Origin: Candidatus Undinarchaeales archaeon
GTDB taxonomy: Archaea; SpSt-1190; JASMDC01
Direction: 5' to 3'
Assembly: GCA_030753015.1 (NCBI GenBank)
Contig: JASMDC010000009.1
Coordinates: 1-64,000 of the forward strand
Length of the DNA stretch: 64,000 nucleotides
Positions 54,315-64,000 of the stretch are shown here, one piece after another; position 1 is the first letter of the stretch, and each line of letters opens with the position of its first letter. The translations under genes and the position numbers were made by a program. The notes under the pieces are model-generated. The model had not been told where the DNA came from. It did no database searches and was given only the letters and a program-made list of their open reading frames with translations.

Positions 54315-57300
54315 CTACCACACGGTTATCTCGACGCTGACGAGCTCCTCCTCGTCCTCGTTGACCTCCATGATGGCGAAACGCTTGACCAGCTCCACGT
54401 CCCGCCCCAGGGCCGGCAGGCGCACGTAGTAGTCGAGGATCTCGAGCAGCTGGATGCGGCGGATGATCACCGGGATCTCCAGTGCCTTGACCTTGCCCCC
54501 GATCGTGCACCGGTCATCGTTCTGGTCCCGCACGTAGATCTCCAGCTTGGACGTATGGGTGCTCTGGAGCCCCGGTGGGTTGAGGATGATGTTGAAGGTG
54601 ACCTCCTGGAGCGCATCGAGCGTGGGTGGTGGGACGGGGTAGAGCTGTGCCCAGTGTCGAAGGGACGGGCCGGTCTTGATCGTCAGGCTCGTGAGCCCGC
54701 CGAGGTTCTTGATGCGGAGGTCGACAGAGCAGGGCGTGGCATCGATGGATACGCACTCCAGCACCGATGGATGGTACTCGAGCTTCGACTTGCCCTTCAT
54801 GCGCACGAGCACCGTATTGTTAGCATGCTTCACACCGGACGCGACCGAGGCGCGCAGGGACCATGCCTTCCGCGAGTCCTCACAGCGGTCGGTGTCAGTG
54901 CCCTTGTTGTACAGCGGCTTGCAGTTCTTGTCCTTGGTGAGGTTGAAGTGACCCGTGGCGTTGGTGTTCACCTTGCAGTTGTTGGAGGACTGTACGATGT
55001 TCCCGAACTCGTCGAGCACCGAGATCTTGACCTCACTGAGCGGGAAGTTGCTCTCGCCCCAGATCTCCATGGCGGCCTGCCCGTCAATGACCTCGCCGTT
55101 CTTATGCGAAGTGATGAGGACGCGGGGCGTCTCCCCCACCGTGAAGGTGTGGAGCGCGAGGTAGGACTGGCCGTTGGGCATGACCTTGCCCTCGTTGGGA
55201 TCACCTTCGGGGAACACGTCCTCGGCCCAAAGCTCGACGTGGTAGTCTCCGTAGGCCAGGGTAGTATTGATACCGAAGGAGCGCTTGAACGTACGTCCGA
55301 CCTTGACGATGTTGTCCCTGTCGTACACGACAACGGGATCGTTGCCCTTGGCCTTGAGTCCGATGGAGCCCTTGCCCGGGACGACCATGGTGACGTCGGC
55401 GCCCGACCGGGTGAAGGTTATCCCCGTCCCGGAGCTATTGGCCACCGTGAGCTTGGAATCATCACCGTTCTTGACGAACGTTACGATGTCGAGGACCTTC
55501 TCGTCGTCGTTCACCTCGAGCTTCCAGTCGTTTACGACTGTCGTGGCACCGAGGGAGATGTCCATGAGGATATCGTCCCCGCTGCGCGTGAGGGTGGCCT
55601 TGTTCCCTGCGTGGGTTAGAGTGACGACGTTCCCGTTGACCGTGATGGGCCCCACGCCCACCCAGTCCCTTTGCTCATGCCAGTACCGCAGATACTCACG
55701 CAGCCCCCACTGGTCGTCGCTGTTGATCTCGCCCAGCTTGCCCCAACCGAAGAGAACCCGCCGCTGGATCCATTCGACCCCGCGAAAGATGACGAGGTAC
55801 CTGCGAAGGTCGAGCTCGTCCTCACCGGGCACCTCCGACCACCTGAACAGCTCAGAACCCACGTTCAGGGAGTAGCGGATGGTATCGTTGTCCAAGTTGT
55901 CGCACCTCCAAGTGAGGTCAGGGTTGAGCTCGGTGGTGACGTTGGGAGCGATGTTATAGGGTGTGCCGGGCGCATCGTTGGCGCACTTGAAGATGGCGTC
56001 GGTGACCGTCGAGATGCCGCCGTGCGGGTCCTCGCTGTAGAGCCGGACGAAGTAGTCCGTGTCGAAGGTGAGGGTGGACGTGATGTCATAGGATGTGCCG
56101 GTGGTCTTCTTGTCGTTGACGACGTCCGATCCGTATAGAGCGGATCCGACGAAGACGTGGTACGTGAGGGCGTCACCGTCATAGTCGAAACCCTTGGTCC
56201 ATTCGATGGTGGTCGAGGTGTCATGGGTGAGCTCCGGCTTCAGGTTCGTGGGAGCGTGAGGATTGGCGTTCACGCACCCATCGATCATCACGGCATCGAT
56301 GCTGCTCCAAGCCTGGTCGGCCTCGTCGCTCACGGCCTTCAGATCGATGCGGACCTTATCGACCTTGGACTGCGTGCGCGATATGCTGGGGCTCCAGTAC
56401 GGGCGCTGCTTGGTGTTGTCCTTGCAGTAATCGACGTGGTCCTTGTCCGAGAACCGTTCCCACTTGTCGTCCCCCCAGGCAGCGTCCCACACCTTGTTGG
56501 CGCTGTCGGCATACCACTTGGGATCGGTGCTATCTATGGGATGGACGGTGATGTTCGAGATGCGACCCGGCTCGTAGTCGAGCACGAGCACGATGCGGTC
56601 CAGGTACACGGGGATGGTGTAGGTGAGCTCGAGCCAATCATGGTCCTTGCGGGTCGAGGGGCGCCACTCCATGTTCGCCTTGGGATCGCAGTTTGACGGA
56701 TCTGGTGGGGAGGAATCCCATTCAAGTGGTTCCCCTGAGGCCGCCGACGCCTTGTGGCTGGCCTTGTTGGTGGACGACGTGGCGCTCGCTGCCCACTGAT
56801 CCGTGGTCGCCGAGCACCAAGGGACACCCTCGTACATGCAGGTGTGATCGAAGGTAAGGCCTTTTGCGTTGCGATTCGCACCGGCGTTCTTACAGTCACC
56901 CGTCTCGACCTGGTATCGTAACCGCTGGGTCTTCTCAGGCAGGTCCCACGTCTCCTTGAGGAACACCTGACCGGTCCCCGAGAGGCTCGCCCACTCGCCC
57001 GTGTGCTTGCCAAGTGTGCTCCCTCCACCGTCGTACGCGAACAGTACGAGGCGAGCATCGTCATCAGCGCAGTCCTTGTCCGCGGGCTTTACGGTGATAC
57101 CGTTGACCCACAGCTGGGCGATGGCCTGGTAGCCCTCGATGGTGGAGGGTACAGCCACGTCCTGATGGAAGAGGTCCGCGTATATCCCGTCGGCCTTCTG
57201 CTGGACGCACTTGGAGCCATCATAGCACACAGAACCGCTCGCGGTCTGGACGACGGTGCCAGCGGCGCTCCAGTTGTCAGTTCCCTTCTCGAAGTCGGCG

Positions 57301-57386
57301 TTCTTGACGTCGTTGTTGTCGTCGCACTCGTCACCGGCCGACATAGTCAGCAGGAGCATGAGGACGAGGACCGCGGCCCGGACCAT
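54315..57386 (-). CDS. Large secreted modular protein (CBM-like, discoidin-like, FN3-like domains)
   Basis: Signal MVRAAVLVLMLLLTMSAG after an AGGAG RBS; NADFE domain, QWAASATSS..WLELTY, APTNL..IEW..DGDALTYHV. Confidence 0.8.
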   Translation of the reverse strand: MVRAAVLVLMLLLTMSAGDECDDNNDVKNADFEKGTDNWSAAGTVVQTASGSVCYDGSKCVQQKADGIYADLFHQDVAVPSTIEGYQAIAQLWVNGITVKPADKDCADDDARLVLFAYDGGGSTLGKHTGEWASLSGTGQVFLKETWDLPEKTQRLRYQVETGDCKNAGANRNAKGLTFDHTCMYEGVPWCSATTDQWAASATSSTNKASHKASAASGEPLEWDSSPPDPSNCDPKANMEWRPSTRKDHDWLELTYTIPVYLDRIVLVLDYEPGRISNITVHPIDSTDPKWYADSANKVWDAAWGDDKWERFSDKDHVDYCKDNTKQRPYWSPSISRTQSKVDKVRIDLKAVSDEADQAWSSIDAVMIDGCVNANPHAPTNLKPELTHDTSTTIEWTKGFDYDGDALTYHVFVGSALYGSDVVNDKKTTGTSYDITSTLTFDTDYFVRLYSEDPHGGISTVTDAIFKCANDAPGTPYNIAPNVTTELNPDLTWRCDNLDNDTIRYSLNVGSELFRWSEVPGEDELDLRRYLVIFRGVEWIQRRVLFGWGKLGEINSDDQWGLREYLRYWHEQRDWVGVGPITVNGNVVTLTHAGNKATLTRSGDDILMDISLGATTVVNDWKLEVNDDEKVLDIVTFVKNGDDSKLTVANSSGTGITFTRSGADVTMVVPGKGSIGLKAKGNDPVVVYDRDNIVKVGRTFKRSFGINTTLAYGDYHVELWAEDVFPEGDPNEGKVMPNGQSYLALHTFTVGETPRVLITSHKNGEVIDGQAAMEIWGESNFPLSEVKISVLDEFGNIVQSSNNCKVNTNATGHFNLTKDKNCKPLYNKGTDTDRCEDSRKAWSLRASVASGVKHANNTVLVRMKGKSKLEYHPSVLECVSIDATPCSVDLRIKNLGGLTSLTIKTGPSLRHWAQLYPVPPPTLDALQEVTFNIILNPPGLQSTHTSKLEIYVRDQNDDRCTIGGKVKALEIPVIIRRIQLLEILDYYVRLPALGRDVELVKRFAIMEVNEDEEELVSVEITVW

Positions 57387-57432
57387 CTCCTTGGCGTGTC
57401 GCCCGTTCCTATTTCCTCGTCGTCCCACGGGC

Positions 57433-60400
57433 TCAACCCTCACGTCCGTTCGCGGTGACGGTGCGCCGGCGCGTCCTCCGTGCCAGGAACAGACCTGCCA
57501 GGGCGAGCAGGAGCGCGACATCCACCGCGCCCACGCCGGGAGCTGTTGCCATGAAGGCACTACCGCTGGCGTACACGACACGCACGTAGAACTTCTTCTC
57601 GTTGAGTCGCTCAAGCGAGTCCGCGTCCACGACGTAGATCTCGATGAGACCTGCAGAGGTGAGCTTGTAGGGATTGATCTCCACCGGTATGGTCTTCGAC
57701 TCGCCGGGGAAGAGGGTGAACGCCTCTTCCTTGAAGGTGGACCACATCTCCTCCTTGTGGAGCTTGAGCACGAGGTTCATAGGCTGGGTCCAGTAGTTCG
57801 TGACGTGGGCTCCGAGGAGGAACGTCTCACCTACGAAGGTCGACATGGTGTTCTCGACGACATCGGCCTTCCCGGACATCTTACGCACCTCCAGCTTGAC
57901 GAACTTCTCGAAGGAGAACACCGTCTGGTAGTGGGCGTCGGTGTAGAGCATGCAGATGCCCGTCTCAGGTGCTGGCGTGCCCTCATACTCGCACTGGTCC
58001 GGCGCTGCCTCCTGGGTGCAGAAGTGGCACATGGGCAGGGTGGCGGTGATTGTCATCACCGGTCGCGGTTCGTTGGTGACCAGACCGGAGACGTCGCACA
58101 GGAACACGCCGGAGCCCTGATGAGTACAGGTCTTCTCGATGTTCTTGTAGGAGAGGGTTGCCTGGCACATATTGCACCGCTCCGGCGCGCCGCCGTGTTG
58201 CTGGAGGTAGGATGACACGACCACGTGGAAGGCGATCTTGACGTCCTTCTTACCGCCGGGCAGCGTCTGCTTGCGCACCTTGATGTCCTTGACCGAGATG
58301 GCGGGGATGGGGCCGTCCCTGGGGTGGCACAGCTCGCGCTCGTAGCCGAGAGTTGAGGATAGCACCTGACACCCGGTCTTGGAACAGGTGTAGTATCCAC
58401 CGTCGATGTAGTCGATCTGACCCTCGGTCTCGTTGAAGAGGGCTTTCTCGTGGTAGTAGCAGTTGAGGGTCGTGACATTCACGGTACCGGGGTACGGGCA
58501 GTTGCCTTTGAACACGTCATCGGACCAGTCGAATCCGTCGTAGGCGTCATCCCCGTCGTCCTTGCAGATGTCCCCGTACTTCTTCTCGTCCTTGTCGAAG
58601 GCGTGGTAGCATGTGTGGGTGGCGTTGTCCAGGCACCAGCCCTCGGTGGCGACGTCGATGCTGATTGGCTTCTTGTTCTTCAGCTCCTGGTTGAGGCGGA
58701 AGCGCGAGTTGTCTGCGGCGTTCGCCTTGTCGAGCTCGAGCCAGGTGCACCGCTGGCGGTGGCTGGCGTCCTGCGGTTCCACGGGCGCCTGGTGGCAGCC
58801 CTGGGAGTCGCAGTCGGTGGCCTTGGACCAGTCAGATCCGGTCTCCGAGTCCTTATCGTCCCAGAAGTAGCAGGTGAGCTGGTAGTTCTGCTTGTTGCTG
58901 ACGAGGTTGTAGATATGGCCGACGATCTCCACGTCACCCGCGCCGTCGCAGTCCCTGGTCTCCTGGCTGTCCACACCGAAGAAGTCGTTGTAGTTCGTCG
59001 AATCGATACCATTGTAGAGCTTGTTGTCCACTTGGCTCGTCTTGTTGACACCCTTCTCGCAGTAGTGGCAGTAGTCACGGCTGTCCGAGTAGTAGTAGAA
59101 GTTATCGTTATCCCCGTCGTCACCACAGCACGGTGCCTCGGCGTTTGTACCCGCTTCGTCGTGGAGGCCGCCGTCGCCGATGTCGGGGTGGTCGTCGGGC
59201 TCGAACCAGGCGTGTTTGTTGTACTTGTCCACATCATAGCTGCGGGCACGCCAGGACAGGCAGTGGCACGCATTGGCGCTGACGTCGCCGCCCTTCTTGC
59301 CGCCGGTCTCTGTCGAGTCGTAGCAGGTACCGTTGGACACGCAGTCCATCTCCCGCGGGCAGCAGGCGAGGTAGTAGTTGTACGTCTTACCGCTGGCGAA
59401 GTTGGGCGCGTCCGAATCCTGCCATGAGCGCACACCTATGTTGTCGGCCGGCACGCGGTGGAGCGAGCCTGTGCCCGTCCCCTCCGAGCGCAGGGACCAC
59501 TCGCTGCTGTCGTCACCGCAACATGCGCCCTTTGAGTCCGAACCGCCGTTGTTGACCGAGGTGCCGTACTTGACGTCCCACCAGAGGCCTTGGTCCTTGT
59601 TCTGGCTGCCGGTCGAGGTGTCGGAGAAGCATCGGGTATCGCAGTACCTCCAGGCGATGGACGCATCATCGGCCTTGCTCTGGCCGGCCACATCCCGGTT
59701 ATTGTTGTTGAGGTTGTCGTAGTCGACGTAATACATCTGAGAGTATGCCTTCTCGTTGGAGTTGGGGAGTCCCGTCGGATCGTCGCTCGTCGGCGTGTCG
59801 TCGAAGTAGCGGTTGCGGTTGCTCTTGCCGGAGTAGCTCGAACCGCCCATGGCACGGTTCTCGCCGTAGTACTGCCACAGCATCTTGTACTGATAGCTCC
59901 CCTCCTGGGTGCACATCTCGAGCGGGTCGGTGGTGCGCTTGATTGGATCGTGGTTGGTGGGTGTCGTCGTGATGGTGTTCACTGATATCTTGTTGTCCGA
60001 GGTGCCATCGTTGAGCACGTAGGTGAAGGTGTAGCTGCACGTCTCCTTGCCGTACTCGCTCGTGCCGATGCGCCAGGTTGTGGGACCTCCACCCTCGTTG
60101 ACGCAGGTCATGGCAATGTCCTTACGGTACTCGATCCCGTCTGGCTTCTTGAACGAGTAGGTGCCGTCCGTGTCGTAGCCGCAGTAGTAGTAGCTCTGGC
60201 ATGTACCGGTGCGGCAGCCTTTGCGGTCGCCGGTCTTCTGGTCGTCGCAGGAGTTGGGGCAGTTGGAGATCTTGCTGGCCCCGATTTCGACGGCGTTGTT
60301 GTCACAGCAGTAGGTGTTCACGGGCGTCTTGCCGGGAATCGAATACTGGAACTTGACATAACCGTAGTACCAGCTGCTGACGGTGCAGGCTGTGAACTCC

Positions 60401-63400
60401 TTCGAACAGTGGGCATAACACCAGTCGGAGTCGGACGTGCCACTGGCGCGGGAGTAGAAGTCACACTCGATCTGTTTCATGTTGTCGTTATACCTGCATG
60501 TCGTCTTCTTGTTCTTGTACGTGGCACCGCACTTCAACTCCCCGCAGTTCAGGGATACCTTGGGGCTGCTGGCGTCGCCGTTGTAGAGCTGCTCGTCCTG
60601 ATCCCAGAGGAAGAGGAAGGGGGCGACGGAGGCTATATCGACCCACTCGCCAGCCCGGCAGAACTCCTTCGGATTGTCGTTGTCCACGTTCGCGAGGTAC
60701 TCGTGGTGGTAGCACTTGTTATTGTACACACAGTCCGTGGCCGTCGGACAGCACGCGATGTCGTCCGCGGACGCGTCGCATGCGTTGTCGGTCTCGGTCT
60801 CGTCGCTGTGACACTTCAGGTAGAACTCGTTGGCATCGTCGCCGCAGCACGTATCAGCGCTCGCTGTCGATCCACCGTCGTTAAGGGCGATCTTGTACCA
60901 CGATCCGTCGTTCTTCTTGGTCTTCGTGCCTCCGCCGAGGTTCCAGCCGACGCCCTGGTCGTTCGCATGCACCGTTGTGTCGTCGAAACAGGTGGCCGAG
61001 CAGTAGCGGTCGGCGTCAACTGTCGCGGAGGCGTAGGTGCCGGGATCGCCCGGTGGTGCCTTGTTGACATTGCCGTGGTTATCGAAGTTGACCTTGTAGA
61101 TGGTCGTCCAGTCGTACTCCTCAACAGTTGTCTTTGAGCTCGCACCGCCACACTCGCCATTGAAGTAGAACTTGGATTTAGCTTCGTACGTGCCCTCGCG
61201 CTCGCAGTGAGCTCGCTCGAGGTCCTTCCACTCCATCTTGCATTTATCGGAAAGAATCTCATTGTTGCCCTGGCAGCTGGACTTGGGGCAGGTCAACACC
61301 TTCCATCCGCCAGAGAGGTCGACCTTCGAGTCCTTGTGGCGTATCTTGTAGTACCCCGGCGAGCACCAGTAAGCGTTGATAGGCCCTTGCCACTCCGGGG
61401 TAACGATAGGTAGGTCGTCGCAGGTCTTCCCATTGAAGATAAACTCCGACTTCACAGTGTACCGTCCCGCGATCTTGCACGAACCATAGCTCCACGTGGG
61501 ACAGTCATTGGTAGTGATCTTCATGACCCTGTTCCCGCTACCGTCCTCCTGGCAGAACTTGTTCGCACCCTTACCGGGGCAGTCGAGGATTCCGGAGTTG
61601 GCCTCCTCGGTGCCGACACCGTTGTAGATGCGGTGGCGGATCTGGACCGGAGGTTTGGACGCCCAACATCTGAAGATCTTGTTGTTCTTGAACGTCTCCG
61701 CCGTGGTGCGGAAGGCCGTCTGTTTGCAGTTCTTGCCGTTGTAGGTGAAGTCGACCTGGGCCCGGTACCAACCGTCCTCGGTGCACGTGTCGGGGAAGGA
61801 GAACGTCTCACACGTCTCTACGCGTGCCTCGCCGCTGCACGAGGTCAGGCAGCTTGCGGTCTTGTCGAACACGACCTTGTTGCTGGGCGAGTAGATACGG
61901 ATGCGGGCATTGTCCCGGCGCAGCTTCCACACGCCGTTCTCGCACAATTCATTATATCCGTCGCCGTCGGCGTCCAGGTCGTACCCGTTGTCGAAGCACT
62001 TCCCGTTGCTGACACAGTCGTAGCGTGACGAACAGCATGCCTTGTTGTCGCTGTGGCGACAGGCCGATGGGGTCGCTGACTTCTCATCATCGCTGGTCTC
62101 GCACGTGCGGTACCACTCGTTGTTGTCATCACCGCAGCATGAAGAGGAAGCGGTCTCCCCACCAAGGTTCCAGGCGATACCGTTGTCGTGGGCGCCCGTG
62201 GTCTTGTCGCCGAAACAGGTGAGCGAACAGAAGATGCCGCTATGGGCGTCCCAGTTCACGTTGTACTTGACTTCGTCGATGTCCTGGTACGTGGCCGCCA
62301 GCGCCCTCCCGTCCCAGTTCTTTCCCGAATAGGACATCCGGCTCACGAAGTGCATGTCCCCCTCGTAGTCGCAGCGTTTGTTCATGCTACTATGGGTGAT
62401 ATAGGGCGAGGGGTCCCAGGTGTACGAGCACGGGATCACGAGCGATTTGTGCGTGGGATCGTGGGAGAACTGGTCGGCTGTGTCGGTACAGGACATGTCC
62501 TTCCAGTTGAGGAGCGTCGTACCACCGACATAGATCTTGATCTTGGCAGTGGTGTCGAGAGCGCACGAGAACACCTTCATCTTGCTGTCCTCGACCCAGC
62601 TGCTCGTGTGGGGGAGGGCTGCTCCGTTGACGCACGAGTTGCCCTTGTGGGTGACCTTGGCGCGGACGGTGTAGTACCCGTTGGTCTGCGAGCAGATCGC
62701 CTTCTCCGGGACGGTGTACGTCTCGCAGTCCGACATGTAGGTCCCCCCGTCGCACGACGTGTCGCACTTCTTCTTGGGGCTGGTGTGAGCGAGATTTCCG
62801 TTGGGATGGTAGACGTAGTAGTAGACCTCGTCATCGATGTCACAGAAGTAGAGGTTCGTCTTGCTCAGTCTCGATTTCACGTTCGATGTGGGGCGGTTCT
62901 GGCATTCGGGCCGGTTATGCAGTATGTCCACCTCGGCCTGGTAGTAGCCTGGGATCTTGCACTCGCTAAAGTCCATCGTGCACTCGTGGTATGTCTGCGC
63001 CTCATTGCCAGTGCCCGAGGGGCAGCTGGTGGCACAAGTGACGTCGTAGGACTTGATCTGGCCAGCGGTGTAATGGAAGATGCGGTACTTGGCCTTCTCG
63101 GGCAGATCCTGCCATACGCCGTTGACGCACTTCTCCTCGGCGTTATCGCCATCGATGTCACCGATGTGGTTGTTGTTGTAGCAGTTACCGAAAGCCACAC
63201 AGTCGTACTGGGCGTTGCAGCATGCACTGTTGTCACCCTTACAGGCGTTCTTTACCAGCTCGTCGGTCTCGCACTTGCGGTACCATTCACTGCCATCGTC
63301 ACCGCAACAGGTGGTCGATGCGGTCTCGCCTCCGATGCTCCAGGCGATGCCGAAGTCGTGGGCACCGGTCGTCTTGTCATTGAAACAAGTGGGCGCAGAG

Positions 63401-64000
63401 CAGTAGGTACCGGAGTGGCCGTCCCAGTTGACGTTGTACGCCGTGATTTGCAGGTCCTGTGAGGCGTCCTCGAGGGCCGTGCCGTCCCAGTTCTTGCCGC
63501 CGTAGTGGACACGGACCTTTATCTTGTGGTCGCCCTCACGGTCGCACTGGTGCTTGTTCCCACTGACGGTGACATAGTGGCCGGCAGTGGGCGACCATCC
63601 GGAGTAGCTGCACGCGACGACTGCGCTGTTGTCAGTGGGATCGTGTGAGAACTGGTTAGCAGGACAGTCGATCCACGCACCGTTGACATAGTAATGGCCG
63701 CCGACCCAGTACCACATCTGCATGGTCGTGTCAAGGCCGCAGGAGAACACCTTCTTCTTGCTGTCATCTACCCAGCTGCTCGTGAATCGGAGGGCGTTAC
63801 CATCGGTCACGCACGAGCTGCCTGAGTGGGTGACCTTGGCACGGACACTGTAGAAACCGTTCTGCGTGCAGAGGCCGGCCTCGTCAATGGTGTAGCTTTC
63901 GCAGTTGGACATGTACGTGCCGCCGTCGCAGGAGATCGTGCAGCTCTTCTCGGCGCTGGTATGGGCGGCGGCCCCGTTGGGGTGGTAGACGTAGTAGGTC
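57433..64000 (-). CDS. Giant Cys-rich repetitive surface protein with C-terminal membrane anchor (5' end outside the window)
   Basis: The frame stays open to the window edge (TYYVYHPNG.., matching an internal repeat); five CCGDD motifs; C-terminal APG + TM + RRTRRR. Confidence 0.9.
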   Translation of the reverse strand, partial: TYYVYHPNGAAAHTSAEKSCTISCDGGTYMSNCESYTIDEAGLCTQNGFYSVRAKVTHSGSSCVTDGNALRFTSSWVDDSKKKVFSCGLDTTMQMWYWVGGHYYVNGAWIDCPANQFSHDPTDNSAVVACSYSGWSPTAGHYVTVSGNKHQCDREGDHKIKVRVHYGGKNWDGTALEDASQDLQITAYNVNWDGHSGTYCSAPTCFNDKTTGAHDFGIAWSIGGETASTTCCGDDGSEWYRKCETDELVKNACKGDNSACCNAQYDCVAFGNCYNNNHIGDIDGDNAEEKCVNGVWQDLPEKAKYRIFHYTAGQIKSYDVTCATSCPSGTGNEAQTYHECTMDFSECKIPGYYQAEVDILHNRPECQNRPTSNVKSRLSKTNLYFCDIDDEVYYYVYHPNGNLAHTSPKKKCDTSCDGGTYMSDCETYTVPEKAICSQTNGYYTVRAKVTHKGNSCVNGAALPHTSSWVEDSKMKVFSCALDTTAKIKIYVGGTTLLNWKDMSCTDTADQFSHDPTHKSLVIPCSYTWDPSPYITHSSMNKRCDYEGDMHFVSRMSYSGKNWDGRALAATYQDIDEVKYNVNWDAHSGIFCSLTCFGDKTTGAHDNGIAWNLGGETASSSCCGDDNNEWYRTCETSDDEKSATPSACRHSDNKACCSSRYDCVSNGKCFDNGYDLDADGDGYNELCENGVWKLRRDNARIRIYSPSNKVVFDKTASCLTSCSGEARVETCETFSFPDTCTEDGWYRAQVDFTYNGKNCKQTAFRTTAETFKNNKIFRCWASKPPVQIRHRIYNGVGTEEANSGILDCPGKGANKFCQEDGSGNRVMKITTNDCPTWSYGSCKIAGRYTVKSEFIFNGKTCDDLPIVTPEWQGPINAYWCSPGYYKIRHKDSKVDLSGGWKVLTCPKSSCQGNNEILSDKCKMEWKDLERAHCEREGTYEAKSKFYFNGECGGASSKTTVEEYDWTTIYKVNFDNHGNVNKAPPGDPGTYASATVDADRYCSATCFDDTTVHANDQGVGWNLGGGTKTKKNDGSWYKIALNDGGSTASADTCCGDDANEFYLKCHSDETETDNACDASADDIACCPTATDCVYNNKCYHHEYLANVDNDNPKEFCRAGEWVDIASVAPFLFLWDQDEQLYNGDASSPKVSLNCGELKCGATYKNKKTTCRYNDNMKQIECDFYSRASGTSDSDWCYAHCSKEFTACTVSSWYYGYVKFQYSIPGKTPVNTYCCDNNAVEIGASKISNCPNSCDDQKTGDRKGCRTGTCQSYYYCGYDTDGTYSFKKPDGIEYRKDIAMTCVNEGGGPTTWRIGTSEYGKETCSYTFTYVLNDGTSDNKISVNTITTTPTNHDPIKRTTDPLEMCTQEGSYQYKMLWQYYGENRAMGGSSYSGKSNRNRYFDDTPTSDDPTGLPNSNEKAYSQMYYVDYDNLNNNNRDVAGQSKADDASIAWRYCDTRCFSDTSTGSQNKDQGLWWDVKYGTSVNNGGSDSKGACCGDDSSEWSLRSEGTGTGSLHRVPADNIGVRSWQDSDAPNFASGKTYNYYLACCPREMDCVSNGTCYDSTETGGKKGGDVSANACHCLSWRARSYDVDKYNKHAWFEPDDHPDIGDGGLHDEAGTNAEAPCCGDDGDNDNFYYYSDSRDYCHYCEKGVNKTSQVDNKLYNGIDSTNYNDFFGVDSQETRDCDGAGDVEIVGHIYNLVSNKQNYQLTCYFWDDKDSETGSDWSKATDCDSQGCHQAPVEPQDASHRQRCTWLELDKANAADNSRFRLNQELKNKKPISIDVATEGWCLDNATHTCYHAFDKDEKKYGDICKDDGDDAYDGFDWSDDVFKGNCPYPGTVNVTTLNCYYHEKALFNETEGQIDYIDGGYYTCSKTGCQVLSSTLGYERELCHPRDGPIPAISVKDIKVRKQTLPGGKKDVKIAFHVVVSSYLQQHGGAPERCNMCQATLSYKNIEKTCTHQGSGVFLCDVSGLVTNEPRPVMTITATLPMCHFCTQEAAPDQCEYEGTPAPETGICMLYTDAHYQTVFSFEKFVKLEVRKMSGKADVVENTMSTFVGETFLLGAHVTNYWTQPMNLVLKLHKEEMWSTFKEEAFTLFPGESKTIPVEINPYKLTSAGLIEIYVVDADSLERLNEKKFYVRVVYASGSAFMATAPGVGAVDVALLLALAGLFLARRTRRRTVTANGREG
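61900..64000 (-). repeat. Long coding tandem repeat with 1176-bp (392-aa) period
   Basis: DGGTYMSNCE (ATG at 63912) recurs as DGGTYMSDCE (ATG at 62736); downstream motifs are collinear. Boundaries approximate. Confidence 0.85.

Noticed and set aside
54285-63462. Long plus-strand ORFs (444, 319, 325, 424 aa) and similar antisense ORFs across the window
   Set aside because: Antisense shadows expected from GC-rich codon bias; no motifs or translation signals.
61900-64000. Diversity-generating retroelement TR/VR pair
   Set aside because: The repeats are in-frame domain duplications with differences at all bases, and no reverse transcriptase is present in the window.

Overview
GC-rich archaeal chromosomal DNA. 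Evidence for archaeal origin: the archaeal (modified) mevalonate enzymes, a class III signal peptide with a FlaK/PibD-type peptidase, and TATA boxes about 25-35 bp before many start codons. The lineage cannot be fixed from sequence alone; giant Cys-rich surface proteins plus an intact archaeal MVA route would fit a DPANN-related group such as Undinarchaeota, but this is inference. Main contents: (1) a complete lower archaeal mevalonate cluster (mvk, ubiX, UbiD-type AMP decarboxylase, LpdD-like prFMN chaperone, two AcnX-type PMDh subunits, ipk, fni) with an HPPD-like gene between the two convergent operons. (2) The ipk-fni operon is headed by a 6-TM protein with a winged-helix-like C-terminus and is divergent from a presenilin/SPP-type intramembrane protease. 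This is my best candidate for an undescribed system: lipid-pathway control by regulated intramembrane proteolysis. (3) A tubulin/FtsZ-superfamily gene coupled to a PilC/TadC gene, a prepilin peptidase, and a PrsW protease with FYVE-spaced Zn fingers. (4) Three related IS200/IS605 pieces: a tnpB 3' end at the window start, a 40-bp mini-element, and a full tnpB-only element. (5) An IS66 element with 8-bp TSD disrupting an EamA gene. (6) Several very large modular secreted proteins. (7) An ArfB-like/amidohydrolase fusion, duplicated ParB-like genes with a shared palindromic operator, aspartokinase, D-aminoacylase and a frameshifted HAD gene. No rRNA, tRNA or CRISPR array was recognised. All family calls are from motif recognition by eye, not database searches.
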